In this document: positions 49,639-62,830 of the stretch, piece by piece | Position numbering within the stretch: position 1 is the first letter of the stretch | Layout of the letters: every line of letters begins with the position of its first letter | DNA from: Sphyrna mokarran | Taxonomy: Eukaryota | NCBI GenBank assembly: GCA_024679065.1 | Contig: JAGIQG010000004.1 | Location: 31,620,001 to 31,684,000, forward strand | Direction of reading: 5' to 3' | DNA: 64,000 bases | Made by a program: the position numbers and the translations under genes | Notes under the pieces: generated by a model | What the model saw: the letters and a program-made list of their open reading frames with translations, nothing else | The model's database searches: none | What the model was told of the DNA's origin: nothing

Positions 49639-50427
49639 GGGTGGGATCTTGAGCCCAGGCTCTCTGTACATGAGATTGCTCTGGGATTGCCGATTTTCCC
49701 CTGACCCTTGCCAGCAACAAAGGCAAGAGCCTGATTTTAATACATTTGCATGAATTTCAATCTAATTATACAGCTGCCATGCCACATGTCCCCCAATTCC
49801 AATAAATATTCATACCTCGTCGAAGTGACATGATGTTGGCATGGTTTACAACAGGTTTGGTCAAATATAAACCTGTTAAGGGCAACTCCTGGGAATGGTA
49901 AGGTAAGTAGAGCCCCCAGAGAAGAGGGACTGACCAGGAAGTGCCCTGGAACTGCTGCTGGCACTGGTCGACATTGTCAATTTGGTACTGAAGTGCCAAC
50001 TTGGTAGTGCCAACCTGTGCTGGGGTAGATCCTAGTGGAAGCCCCTTGGTGGGGGTATGCATTTATGTGTGGTGGGGAGAGGAATAAGTTAACTGAGGGG
50101 TTAAAATGCCTGCAATGATTGATATGGGGGGGGGTGATCTGTTAGGAGAATCCCCAATATCTCCGCGGTGTGGTTAGAGCTGGGGTGGTGGAGGGGTGTG
50201 GCTTATATTTATTTCTGATCGGGGTGCTCTTTAAAGATGACACTTAACCTCTGTGGAGCTTGTTTCTGGCTGTTAATGTCTCTGCTATAGTGACAGCACA
50301 AACCAGGTTCACTCATTTTTCTTCTTTAAAGAAGCTAAAAATTGGCAGAGAAAACTACTCTGTGCAACTGGAAAGTTACACACTCATTTTCTGACTCAGC
50401 CTGACAAACTCTGGTAAGATCAACCCC
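49639..50427. mobile_element. Non-autonomous Harbinger-type element
   Basis: GGGTGGGATCTT...AAGATCAACCCC ends, with a G-rich interior similar to 51860-52330 and 53240-53950. Confidence 0.55.
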
Positions 50428-50574
50428 ACGGTAACTGTTCTTTTTAAACTTGTAATTAAAAAGGAGGATTGCTTACGATAACACTTATATATTTATAAAT
50501 GTGACAACACACACGGAAAAAGATCTTATTACCTTCATTTGTTTATGTAGAAGTGAGTTAGAGTTAACACTCGT

Positions 50575-50882
50575 GTGATCCTACAGTGTAGAACGAGGCC
50601 ATTCAGCTCATCAAATCTGCACCAAAATCAATCCCACCTAGGCCCAATCCCCTTAACCCTATGTATTTAGCCTATTCTGACACTAAGGGGAAATTTAACA
50701 TGGTCAATCCACCTAACCTACACATACTTGGACTGCGGGAGGAAACTGGAGCACCCAGAGGAAACCCACACAGAGATGGAGAGAATGTGCAAACTCCACA
50801 CAGACAGTGGCCCATACTGGGAATTGAATCTGAATCCATAGCACTATGAGGCAGCAGTGCTAACAACTATGCCCCCCTGCCA
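50575..50882 (-). mobile_element. HE1-type V-SINE
   Basis: Complete antisense copy. Confidence 0.85.
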
Positions 50883-51625
50883 CTTTTAGTGGATTTCATT
50901 ATCTGAGCAATTTATTTAATATGAAAAAGAACGTATAACCAAATATTGTTGTAATTGTTAGTCTAAATGCTGGAAATAATAACTTCTTTGATAATGGTGT
51001 GGCCTTTTTAACTGTGACAAATTCTGAATTGATTACATGAATACAAACATTTATTGTGTGTTATCCTGAGTTAGGGGAAATATCAGCGAGTCTTTTTACA
51101 AACTGTGTTGATGTATGCATTGTAGATCAAACCATATTAAACTGTTTGACTGAGGTATTTGATTTCTTTCTTGGAATGTAGATTGGATCACTTTTTCGCA
51201 ATAATAGACGTTAGAATTGTCGTATACTTTTGGAGCATCTGATAACATTCTGACATCAGATATTGCGAATGCTATTCAATTCTCTTAAATATGGCAAACA
51301 GAATGTAACACTTTCAAAATATTTTTATGGAATTGTGTGGATTCAGTGCAAAATTTGTTTCACACATCCTAAGACCTGGTCAAGACTGTAAAAATACTGA
51401 TCTTCAGGATGATTCAATGCAATGTTAAAATGAAGTATTATCAGAATGGAGAAATCACAGAAGAAAAATTCCATGGGGCAGATTTTGGTGCTTAATAAAT
51501 TTAATTTGCTTTTTGCAAATTAAAATCTGTGACAGATCAGTAGTTATCAATAAAATCAATAATGTGCAAGAAATATGCATCCTTCATTGAATCATACAAC
51601 ATAGGAGGAGAATATTGAGTACGTT

Positions 51626-51832
51626 GGAGGGAATTCTCCAGCCATTCATGCTGGCAGGATTCTCCAGACCTGCCGCCAGCATACCCTTGCTTTTGGGTTT
51701 CCCACTGGAGTGCGGTGGTGTCAATGGAAATTCCCACTACAGTGGCGGGACCAGAGAATCCCTTCGCGAGCAAACAACATGCCATCACCTGTTAGCAGGA
51801 CACAAGTGGCTGGGATGAGGGAAGATCTCACC
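51626..51832. mobile_element. Harbinger-type MITE nested in a larger TIR element (about 51475-52422)
   Basis: Repeated GGATTCTCC/GAGAATCCC motifs around GTCAATGGA. Confidence 0.55.
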
Positions 51833-54800
51833 TATTGTGTCTGTCCGGAGGAGGGGCAAAGTTTATAGGGGCAGGGCCTTTGAAAAGAGAGATTGGTGAG
51901 GGTGGGATATCTCTCTGCCCAATCTGCACTTTGGATCAGTGACAGAGGGAGAGGGAGGGAGGCCAGCGATCGGAACCAACCATTGAAGTGGGGAAGAAGG
52001 GTGGGTGGATGGTTGGCCGGAGTTTGGAGGTGGGTGTCAAGGCTGCGAGTTGGGGAGCGGGAGGAAAGATGTTGGAACTGCAGGGAGAAAAGGAGTCAGG
52101 ACTGCCGAGGGGAGGGTGATTGAGGTAGTTCAGGGGGAGTGTGGAGGGTCAGCGATGGTCCCGACACATCCAGCTGGCCAATGATCATGTGCGCCTGTGT
52201 GGAATTCCAGGGTGATAGATTGGCGCATGCGCAATGGCCCGCTCAGCACTATGCTGCCAGACTCTCTAGTGGGAATATGCTCTGCCCTTTGATTTTTAAT
52301 GAGATTCATGCTAGTGCACCCTGCAGTTCACAGAATGTGGGAGATCCATTTTGAAAATGCCACTGAAATAGCCTGAGGAGCATTCATCCAAAATGTACAA
52401 ATTATCTTCACAAATTTGGCTCTATTTTTCTTTTTAAATTGTGTTGGTACATTTAAGATACACTATTTAAAAATCTTCAGCCTGTGGAAGGAGAGATGCC
52501 AAGGGGTTTTGAATATGAGATAAACAAATCTTCTCAAGCAGAACAAGTACTCTGGAGAACTGAGTTGTCAGCATTACCACTCCCAACGATTCTGCACAAT
52601 GACAGGATCCTGTCCCAGGAGATCTCATCTACATAGCTCTGTTCAATCAATGTTTTTATCTTATTACTGTGACTGAGTTGCTGGGTTCGTGGTTGCATTC
52701 CACTGAACTTTTTCTTCATATTTCTACAGTGCTGTGTGAAATGTAGCTTTCAAAGTGATCTATTAAATAACAATGTCACAATGCTCACCGTGTGAATATT
52801 TGGGAAAATGTATTTGAATAAAAAGTGACGCTGTAGCTACTCTTGGGCAAATCACATAAATGCCTTTTAATAAATCAGTGCGTGCATCTCAAACAAAAAA
52901 CATTCTGCGACAAATACTTAAAAACATTGTTGCCATCAAAGCTCGTGTTCATAGCAAGCAAGCGCACAATTTGTTTTTCTGCTATGTTATTTTGTACCAA
53001 CTCCTTGTTTAAAGTTAGTCTTATTTGTGTGAACTGCTTGAGTTAAATAACACTTTGGAGGTGGTCTTAAGATTGCACTTTGCTGGCCAAAGTATAATAA
53101 AGGTTATTCAGGAAAATAACCTTTTCTGAGATGAGCTGGTAAGATTGTGAGAGAGCTGAGAAATCAGCCAATTTCCGGCACGAGGATGAATAATTTATTT
53201 AAATAATATATCAGTGTTATTTTGCATCGATTTAATGAGCCCAGGATGTTATTGTTTGGGGTCGCTTGACTGTGTGGCCTCACCGGGAGAGGTTCTCTTT
53301 GGGGAGAATCACAGTTGGTTCCTCAGTCATGGGGACCAGTCATGATGGCCTCACTGGTTGAACTGGAGAACTTTGAAGGCTCCTTGAGGTTAGGAGCAAG
53401 GAAGGGTGCCCCTTTGGCAGTCCCAGAATTCTGCATTGGGATCCTTGGTGGGAGGGGAGGGGGAATCCGCTGTAACTCTGCATTGGGATCAGTTGGGAGG
53501 AGTGGCGTTCTACTGTATCTCTGCAATAGGATTGGTGGGGGAAGGGCAAAGATGCAGGGATAGGGCTGAAGATCACAAGGGGATTTAGCCAACAAGCATG
53601 GGGGAGAGAAGTCGGATGGCTGATCATGAGGAGGGGGGGCTTATGATAAGCCTCAAATCCCTGCGGTAGCTGGGGGTGGGGAGATGCTGTGATTAAGCCA
53701 CGGAGGCAGGCTGAGTGCAGTAGAGGCTGTGTGACAGATCACTGCTGCTACAGTGTTGCGCATGTGCAATAACACTCTCTGCTGCTCTCAGCCAGCATTC
53801 AGGCAACTGAAGACCCTCTCCCCCATCAGCAGAAACCTTTTCTGCTGATTTTTCATACACTGAATGGTTAAGATAGCAGATTTCAGTTCACCCAAAAAAT
53901 GGATCAGAAACTTTCCCATTTTCATGCCCATCCTGAGCTTAGAGTTTTTTTGGTAAGATCGCCTCCTCTTTATTGGGCACACAATGAAGAGTCCACTTCT
54001 GATTCTCAAACACAACCATGTCAGGGATATCTAAGTCATTGGCAAAGAAACCTCTGACTTTAAAGAAAACTGATCTTAAAGTCCAGCAATCTGTGTTGTG
54101 GAATTCCCTTTTCCCAATGTTTGAACCTGACCCCAAATCAAGAAGATTGCCAGATATCCAACAACAATGATGACATTGAGCAGCAAATCACATTGAAGCA
54201 TTCTCACAGAGTACAAACTAGGAAATTAAAAGCACTCAATTTTTGTGAAGTTTTAATTGAAAGTTTACAGAGAGAAATGATTGGGACTTCAAACTGAATT
54301 AAGGTAAAACCTGAGATATAATTAAAGAACAAAATTGAAAAGATGAATTTTTATAATGTTTAAGAAAATGTGGCGTTCAATTCGGTTTTCAAGACTAATG
54401 AGTCAGTAGTTATGAATTTGGTATGCTGTTAAAAACCCAGTTACATCTCTTTCAGATAATCAAAGATTGTAATTGTAGATTAATAGTAAAAGGACATTTT
54501 TTTGGTCATTTTTGATTCTGAGAAAGACCTGGGTATACGAGTGCACAAAGCATTACAGATGGCAGAGCAAGTTGAGAAAAATAAGGCAAATAGCATCCTG
54601 GCATTTATTAACAGAGACATAGAGTGCAAAAACAAGGAGGCTATGGACACACTGGGATAACTGGCCTGTTTATGGGCTATAATGATGTGTGATTCAATGG
54701 TTTCTATTTGATTGTAATTTGGGCTGCTTTCAACAACTTATTCTATGGGCAAATATAGATAGAATCTTTGGATTTCCGTGTTTAAATGCACATATGTGGA

Positions 54801-55204
54801 CTCAAAGCATTGTTGGCAGTTTCAGAGGAGCTGTGACAGTGAACACTGACAGCTTCACCATTATTACTACTGCAAAACTCAGTTCAAGTAATTTTCCTGA
54901 ATTATACTTTTTTATTATACTTTTAAAGGGAGGATCTTACACAAATTGAAACCAGAATCACTATTAGTTGCAAATAAGAATTGAAGTAATGGTAGTGTTC
55001 TATTAGGATGTCAAAATGTTAATTTTAATGTGCAAAAGATTTCCAAATCAATTTGTTCTCTATGAATTAACAGTGAACTAATAAAAAAAATTAGAGCCAT
55101 AATGATTCAGGATTATATGTCCAAAAATGATTATATATCCAATTCTAAATCTCAGTATTGAGTTCACAAATAAATATGTTAAAGCTGAAATTGGACATTA
55201 AGCT

Positions 55205-55510
55205 TCTTGAATCATTGAATCCTACAGTGCAGAGGAAGGCCATTCAGCCCATCAAGTCTGCACTGACCATAACCCCACCCAGCCCTATCCCTAGAACCTC
55301 ACGCATTTACCCTACTAGTCCCCCAACGCAAAGTGACAATTTAGCATGGCCAATCATCCTAACATCTTTGGACGGTGGGAGGAAACCAGAGCACCTGGAG
55401 GAAACTCACACAGACAAGGGGAGAATGTGCAAACTCCACACGGACAGTGACCCAAGCCAGGAATCGAGCCTGGGTCTTTGGCACTGTGAGGCAGCAGTGC
55501 TAATCACTTT
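55205..55510 (-). mobile_element. HE1-type V-SINE
   Basis: Complete antisense copy. Confidence 0.85.
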
Positions 55511-56304
55511 GCTTTAAACTGAAAGCATGCCTGTTGAGTAAATCATTTGAATCCTAAGGCAGGCTTTGGGATTCTGGCCTCATATAGAAATGCAGATCCT
55601 GAGCCAGCACTTGTTGGTAATGCGACCAGTTTGGCAAGTTTACCACATGTGGCCTCTCCCTTGGCATTCTGTAGCCTTATCATCTGATGAAGGATGGCAG
55701 ACATGCTTCTGATGCAGCTGGCTCAGTCAGAGGACTGGAAGGTCTGAGTCCTCGGCACTGCTGTCAGGAAATGTGTGTGCTGCTATGGCAGGCAGGAGAC
55801 CTCTGGAGCTTGGACCTACTCTGGAGTAGGTTTTAAAAAATAAAATTCATAGGTAGATGGGGAAAGCCCTCTGGGAGATTGCTGAGACAACCTGGACTGC
55901 CTTCCCTGCCCAAAGCCCGCTCTTTAATCCAACAAACTTCTGGCTCTGATGGATCTCAGTATCTAACGGGAAGGTCACCTCTATTAAATTGGCACCTCCC
56001 TGAGTACCCACCATTGGCAAAGTGCCAGCAGGTTTGTAATGCGGCCCTTATTTATACTAATGGTGAAAAGTCCTAGTAGCCAGACCATTCTGGGAGGCCC
56101 CCACATTATGATTCCACACTATTTTGCTAACTCACTCACCACCCAGCAATCCCCCTGCTCCTGCTCTTAACTTCACGGGCACATGAAGTTAAAAGATATT
56201 TTGGTAGATTTTCAACTTGGCATCTGAGCATAAAACTGAAATTACAGGTTAGTTTATATGATAGAAGCAGCCCAATTTTGATTCCTATTGATTTCAATGA
56301 AAGG

Positions 56305-57290
56305 AAAAGAAAGAAGAAACTTGCCTTTATCCAGCACCTTTCATGATTAAAGTTCATCCCAAAGTCGTTTACAATCAATGACATATTTGTGAAGTTAGTC
56401 ACTCTTGTAATGTTTGCTATAATGCAGTTTATTTGTACACAGAAAGGTATCACAAATGATATTGTGATAATGACCAAATAATATATACAAGATGGTGGCG
56501 TTTCACTGGACTGGTAACCCACACCAATGCTCTGGAGACCTGGATTCACAGAAAATGGTAAAATTTGATTTTAATAAAAATGAGATTAAAAGTCTAATGG
56601 TGACCATGAGACCATTGTCAAATGTTATAAAAATCCAGGTTTCCTAACAAACTTTAGGAAAGGAAATCTACTGTCCTTACACGTGACTCCAGACCCATTG
56701 TAAATATGTGCCATTTTATTTTATCATTTTCCCTCTGAAATGGTGTAGCAAGCCACTCAACTCCAAGGCAATAAGGGGTGGACAACAAATCTGACTCAGC
56801 CAGTAATACCTTTGTGGAGTTTGCACATTCTCCCCGTGACTAAGTGGGTTTCTTTTGGGTGCTCCGACAGAAGCACCCAACAGAATAATCCAAAAATGTG
56901 CGGGTTAGGTGGATTGGCCAAGCTAAATTGCCCCTTCATATCAGAAAGATTAGTAGGGTAAATACATAGGGTTACGGATAGGGTTTGGGGAGATTGTTGT
57001 CAGTGGAGGCTCGATGGCCCCTTTCCACACAGTAGGGATTCTATGATTCTATGGATACCCACATCCCATGAACTAATAAAACTGTTTAAGTGGTATAGGT
57101 TATACTGTGAATATTGGCCAGAGAACCAGAGTGGATTTCCCTGCCCTTCTATGAAATAAAGCCATGGTGGGATTTTTTATCCCACAATAGAGTAGATAAG
57201 GCTTTGATTAATGTTTCATCCAAAAGACAGCATCTCCAACAGTGCAGCACTGCTTCAGTACTGCAAGGGGTCAACTTCACCAGGGTAACA
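56305..57290 (-). mobile_element. DeuSINE (SacSINE1/AmnSINE1-like) split by two nested SINEs
   Basis: L2-type tail at 56305-56345 (AAACTTGCCTTTATCCAGCACCTTT) and Deu-domain-like TTAATGTTTCATCCAAAAGACAGCATCTCCAACAGTGCAGCACTGCTTCAGTACTGCA at 57208-57266. A nested tRNA-type SINE (56490-57080) contains a V-SINE (56812-57053). Confidence 0.75.
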
Positions 57291-59582
57291 AGAGTCTACC
57301 TTTAAAGGAATGCTTTTACTAATGAAGAATTGAATTTATTGAATGTGTCCGTGAAAAAAATCTCATTACAACCTTAAAAGAATATACGCGCTGCAGGCTT
57401 CAAACCTAATTTATGCATATTATGCCCTCTGGTACAATGTGCATGAATTATACATTTCATCACATTTATATTTCTTAAAACTGTGAATAAACATTCCAGT
57501 ATAATTTACTGTATGCTTAATATTTGCATATTTCAATATACTTTTCCCTAAAATACTAACTATTATCAACTTCTTTCCCATCACAATATATTATACTTAC
57601 AGCAACATATTAAACCTATTTAAACTTTTATGTTTTAACTAGTCTTTGCTCCCTTGTGAAAATTTTCAACTTGTGAAATGATTGCACCTCATTCACATTT
57701 TTTTCTATAAAAGAACTGCTTCATATAAATCTACTTCATAACATTTTTTTTCAGATATTTGCACTATTTCATTCTTTATAATGTATGCATGTTTTTTCAC
57801 GTTGCTTTGTCTTAGGTCACAAAAGGTGACAGAACTGTGATTGAAAAGAAGAAATAATAAACCAGTGCATCACATTTTGACCTCTGCTACTCAGCCACTG
57901 TGCTGGAATACAAGGGCTAAGATTGAAAAGCAAAGCAGCACAGCATGGATGAGCCTCTGTAAGAGTAAATCTGCAGCTTCATGTATGCATCACCAAGCCT
58001 ATAATCTGTTTGGTTGAGAAAAGAGAATACACTTGATATTATAGTCTGCTGGCAGTTTTGTTTACAAGAGATAATACAACATGACAATGGAAGATAGTTT
58101 TTAATAACAAGTACCATGGAATTTTGCGGTGGGGGGGGAGCAAATTTTTCTTTGAATGTGAAAGATTACAATGTATTCAGTAAGGTTTCTATACTTACGT
58201 TCTGGCATGTGAACTTTTTATTAATTCATGCATTCAGGGGATGTGGGTATTTTTGGCAAGACCAACATATTTTCCTTATCCCTATTTCCATTCAGTAGAC
58301 GGCAGTGAGTTACTTTTTTGAACTATTGCAGATTGTGTGGTGTAGATGTACCTACAGCACTTTGGGGAAGGCGTGATGATATTGAATCAATAACAGAGAA
58401 GAGATGGAAATATATTTCTAAGCTAGGGTGGTGCATGATGTGAAGGATGGGAACCAGCAGGTTGTTCTAGCAGCTTTTGTTGCATAACTAATCTCAATCT
58501 CAGTGGTAAATTCACAAGTTAAGGATGTGCTGGTGATACAAGTAACTGCTATGCCTCTTGTAACTGATAGACACTATAGCCATGTAACAGCATTAAGTGG
58601 GCTGCATTATTCTGGTTGGTGTCAAGCTTCTTGAATATTGTCAGAGCTGCATTTGTCCAAGCAAATGGAGGATATTCAAACATACATCTTTGGAAAGGCA
58701 AGAACCAAGCATATTCATTGTAGAATACCACAGATGGAGTTCTCCCAACTCATCCACAATGGGATTGGTGACAGATGAGCATGGAGAATCCACTGGGAAT
58801 CAAAAAGTTGAAAATCCGCCAGCAAAAAATTATGTCGCAATCCTCCAATGATAAGCCTGATTGTTAAAGAGTAGCATGTGCAAGTCGGTATTCAGTTAAT
58901 AAGAGACTTTGAGGTGACTGCAACAAAAGTTTTTCAATCATGAGCACTCCCACTGCACTTCACACTCTGCCAGGGCAGACCAGTTCCTGCTCTCCATCTC
59001 CATGTCAAGCTGGTATTCATGGACAGCACTGTGCTGTTGCACACATGGACCCACCCTATCACTCTCTTGGTTCAGTAGTGTGCCTAGGGTTGTAGAGTAC
59101 TCCTGCCTCCCCGCTGTCACGCACCAGTGTCTATCTGGACATCATTGCGCTGAGGGACTCATACAGTCCCCATAATAAAGATTTTAAGTTCAACCGGGGG
59201 TGGAGTGTGACATGAGGAGGTGGGGTGAGGTTTGGGGATGGCCTGACAAAAATAACGGCGGGGTGGCAACATGGATGTCGGGGGTTGGTTTGATAAAAGC
59301 TCCTGATGGCAGGCTGAGGGGCATGGAGGTGTGTGAAGAAGGAGAACAGTAGAAGACAGAGGGCAGGCAAGAAGAAGAAAGCTAGGCCCCAGCAAGTCTG
59401 TAAGAGGGTCAAAGGCACACCACATTGTTTACTGGAAGGTGATGGATGAAAATTCCAGAGACAAGTGAGGAATGGACATCTCGCAGATGACAGGCATGAG
59501 CAAAAGGCGATTCAATCGAGGAATAGACTTATCTTCGAGGATATGATTCTCCCTCTGAGTTGCTGGCACCCTGCATAGTCTG

Positions 59583-59736
59583 GTGAACACAGTAAGAAGT
59601 CTTGCAACAACAGGTTAAAACCAACCAGTTTATTTGATAGTGGGTTTACTGTCAAATGAACTAGTTGAACTTTAACCTGGTGTTTTGAGACTTCTTACTG
59701 TGTTTACTCTAGTACAACACCGGCATCTCCACTTCA
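59583..59736. mobile_element. Fold-back Penelope-like element (family B) inside a Harbinger-like remnant
   Basis: Roughly 59-bp inverted arms (59583-59641 and 59648-59707), a 6-nt loop and a 3' extension CAACACCGGCATCTCCAC. Confidence 0.82.
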
Positions 59737-60274
59737 TGGTCCGGTGAAGATTAGTGGGTTGGACACAGTGATATGAGTGCCAATCTGATATTTAAATATG
59801 GCACTGGGACCTTCTAACTCATCTGATGAGGGCAGGCAAATGAAGCAGCTGCCAGCCAGCAGGAGTGTCAGAGGAGAAATTGCCTGTGTATAATTAATGA
59901 GGTTCCAAGTGAAGGATTTGATGCAGGAGCACACCATACAGCAGGACAGACAAAGCCAGCCACCATTGCTCTACTCTCAAAATGGGAGAATTCCACCTCT
60001 AGTTTCTGACCTCTTCTTGTCGTCACAATGTCGGTGTAGTTGGTTCAGTTACATTTTTGAAGAATCGTGATATTGATAGCAAGTGACATGAATGTCACAT
60101 TTCAGCCTCAGCTTGAATGCTAACTAGGCTTAGCTGTATTGAGGTATGGACTGTTTCATTAAACATTCCCATTTCTGGCCTGATGATGGAGGAAAGGTCA
60201 TTGACGAAACAGTTGCAGATGTTTGGATCCAGGAGTAATGCCCAAAGGCTGTGAGTGGCCATCAATTGCCACAA

Positions 60275-60555
60275 GTTATTTATTAGTGTCACAACTAGGC
60301 TTACATTCACATTGCAGTGAAGTTATTCCCTAGTCGCCACACTCTAATGCCTGTTAAGATGCATTGAGGGAGAATTTAGCATGGTCAGCGTATCCAAGCA
60401 GCATAGATCTTTCAGACTGTTGGAGGAAACTGGAGGAAACCCGTGCAGACATGGGGAAAACAGGCAGACTCTGCACAGACATTGGCCCAAGCTGGGAATC
60501 AAACCCAAGTCCCTAATGCTGCGAGGCAGCAGTGCTAACCACTGTGCCACCATGC
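60275..60555 (-). mobile_element. Type-B-tail V-SINE inside an old LINE
   Basis: Antisense head, V-domain and type B tail. Confidence 0.82.
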
Positions 60556-60764
60556 CTTTCCATCTTCCTTCATGCTAACAATAACTTTAAGCAATGCAGA
60601 GTTTTCATCTTGACTCATTCATTTAAATTTTATGAAAGCTCCTTGACGTCACACTTGGTCAAATGTAACTTTGATATCAAGAGAATCACTTCTTGAAATA
60701 AGCCTTTTTGCCCATTTTTGGACCATGGCTGAAAGGTCCTGGCATAACGCAAACTGAGTATCAG

Positions 60765-61838
60765 TGGGTGGGGTTTTCCAGTCCCGCCCTTGCCCACCTT
60801 GGAACCAGAAATTCTTGCTTAAAAGTTAGTAAACCTTTAGTTGGTCTGTCAAATTTTCTGTTCCGCCCGCAACAATTGCTGCAGTGAATAGGACCAAAAA
60901 ATCTTGCCCAGTGAGCAAATTATTAGGGAGTAAATGCCAGTTGACAGCATCGGCAATAGCACCTTCCATTACTTCGACAATGATTGAGAATAGGCCAATG
61001 GGACAGTAATTGGTCAGATTGGATTTATCCTGACAGTACATGCCTGGGCAATTTTCCATATTGTCGGATAGGTGCCAGGGTTGTAGCTGAACTAAAATAG
61101 CTTGGCCAAGGATGTGGTTATTTCTAGATCACTAGTCTAGCAGCACAGCTCAGACATTGTCAGGGTTTATAACATTTTCTGTATCCAGCACACTTAGACC
61201 TTTCATGATATCCTGCTGAACAGTGACACATCTCAACTTTCTTCATTGTTTGTACCTAGTTCATTTCAGTCTGTGACATCTTTAAATGTTTTTGTGCACA
61301 CATGGGCAGCTTAAGGGGAGACAACTTATGAGCAGCTTGAAAAGTAACTTCCAGACTTAGCTTAGAGGAAATGGATGGGATTTTCCAGCCCCGTGGGCAC
61401 ATCATCATCATAGGTGAGACAAGAAAACTTGAAGAGCCCTTCTCCAAATGTTCCTGGCCCACCCTGACAATGCCCACCAGTGTCAGAGCCAGAAAATCCA
61501 GTTCATTGAATCAGACTGGGTAACAACTGACATCTGTGATGATGGAAGCCTCAGGAAAAGGCTAAGATGGATTATCCATTTGTTTTTGGCTCAAGATCCT
61601 TGAAAACATCTGCGCTTTACCTTTTCATTTATTGGCTGCATGCTGGTATTATCGAGGTAGATGAATTTCATAGAGGTTTCTCTTCTAATTAATTGTTCAG
61701 TTCGTTATTGTCATTCTTTACTAACAACGGGAGTGGAAAAGTGTGTTACTTTTCCACGTCGAAGTGAAGTATTATCCGGCTGTTCTTGCGAGACTTTCCC
61801 CTCCTATTGCCCAATACAATCAGGAGTAGAAAATCCCA
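60765..61838. mobile_element. Three Harbinger-type mini-MITEs (about 60765-60909, 61376-61501, 61729-61838) amid old LINE sequence
   Basis: GGG.GGGATTTTCC...GAAAATCC-type inverted ends. Confidence 0.55.
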
Positions 61839-62830
61839 GGCCCTGTCTTTACTTGGTCAAAGTCCCTTTAAGAAAGTTCAATATACATCTCACTAGCTGA
61901 TGAAATTAAAGGTTAACATTGCACATCACACATCGTTTTGACACAAAGTCTAGTCATGTCAAAATTTTAGTCTGTCAAAATTTTGAATAATATCAGATGA
62001 CATTGAGAGCAGTAAATATCATATCATTGGGATGCTGACATCACGTTTTAATAAAATCATAATTGGTAAGCTTCACAGAACCATTTTAGAGTACCAAACT
62101 ATCTCTCAACAAACCTCTGATTTGTCAATATTGATATAATGAAGTTACCCAAGTACCAATATACATTTTACCATCGGGCACAATATGCATGATTACATTG
62201 GCAGGCTAACATAAAGTGTAATCACATTTGAAATATTTATGTGGTAGTTACAGAGTCAGATCAAATATTTAAAAATAAAGCAGAATGAAATGAACATTCC
62301 CTCCCAAAGGCGCTCATTGCCATAAATATGTTTTCATTAAGATGTCCCAGCTTGTTAGAGAATATCAGTTGGTAAATGTAGGCCAGGTTTCAAGCTTGCT
62401 TGTACAAATTAGAGGGACAGGCACTAAAGGTGCATCATTGGCAGGAAATTGATGCCCTGCATTATGACAAATGACAACAGTAAGTCAATATTACATCTGA
62501 TCACAGTAAGCTTCCTTAACGTCTTTGACATTGATTCCTGTAATCTCTCTTGAACTCATTATTATTATATTGACTTTAGTTGAAAAGTAAGGGGTGTATT
62601 TCCCACTGTGGATTCATTTTCCAAATATGAGGAACAGATGGACAAGAGCAATAGCAAGGAATGGATTTTCTTCCTTTTTAGGTACGTTTAAAATGAAAAG
62701 TTGTCAAAGAACTATCTTGAGAAATTCTGGTGGAACTGTGCAGAAGGAATAATAATAGAAATAGATTTGCAGCCTTTTGGATCAATGTTTAAATAAAGGA
62801 TTTTTTAAAAATTTGCTTGTGAGATATGGG

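Noticed and set aside
55680-55720. CTGATGA motifs at about 55684, 59823, 61897 and 48606 as hammerheads
   Set aside because: No stem II followed by GAAA.
56136-56549. 137-aa hydrophobic ORF (also 45832..46227, 45982..46377, 37673..38047, 31169..31534)
   Set aside because: These cross unrelated repeat boundaries, have no domain motifs and mostly use non-ATG starts.
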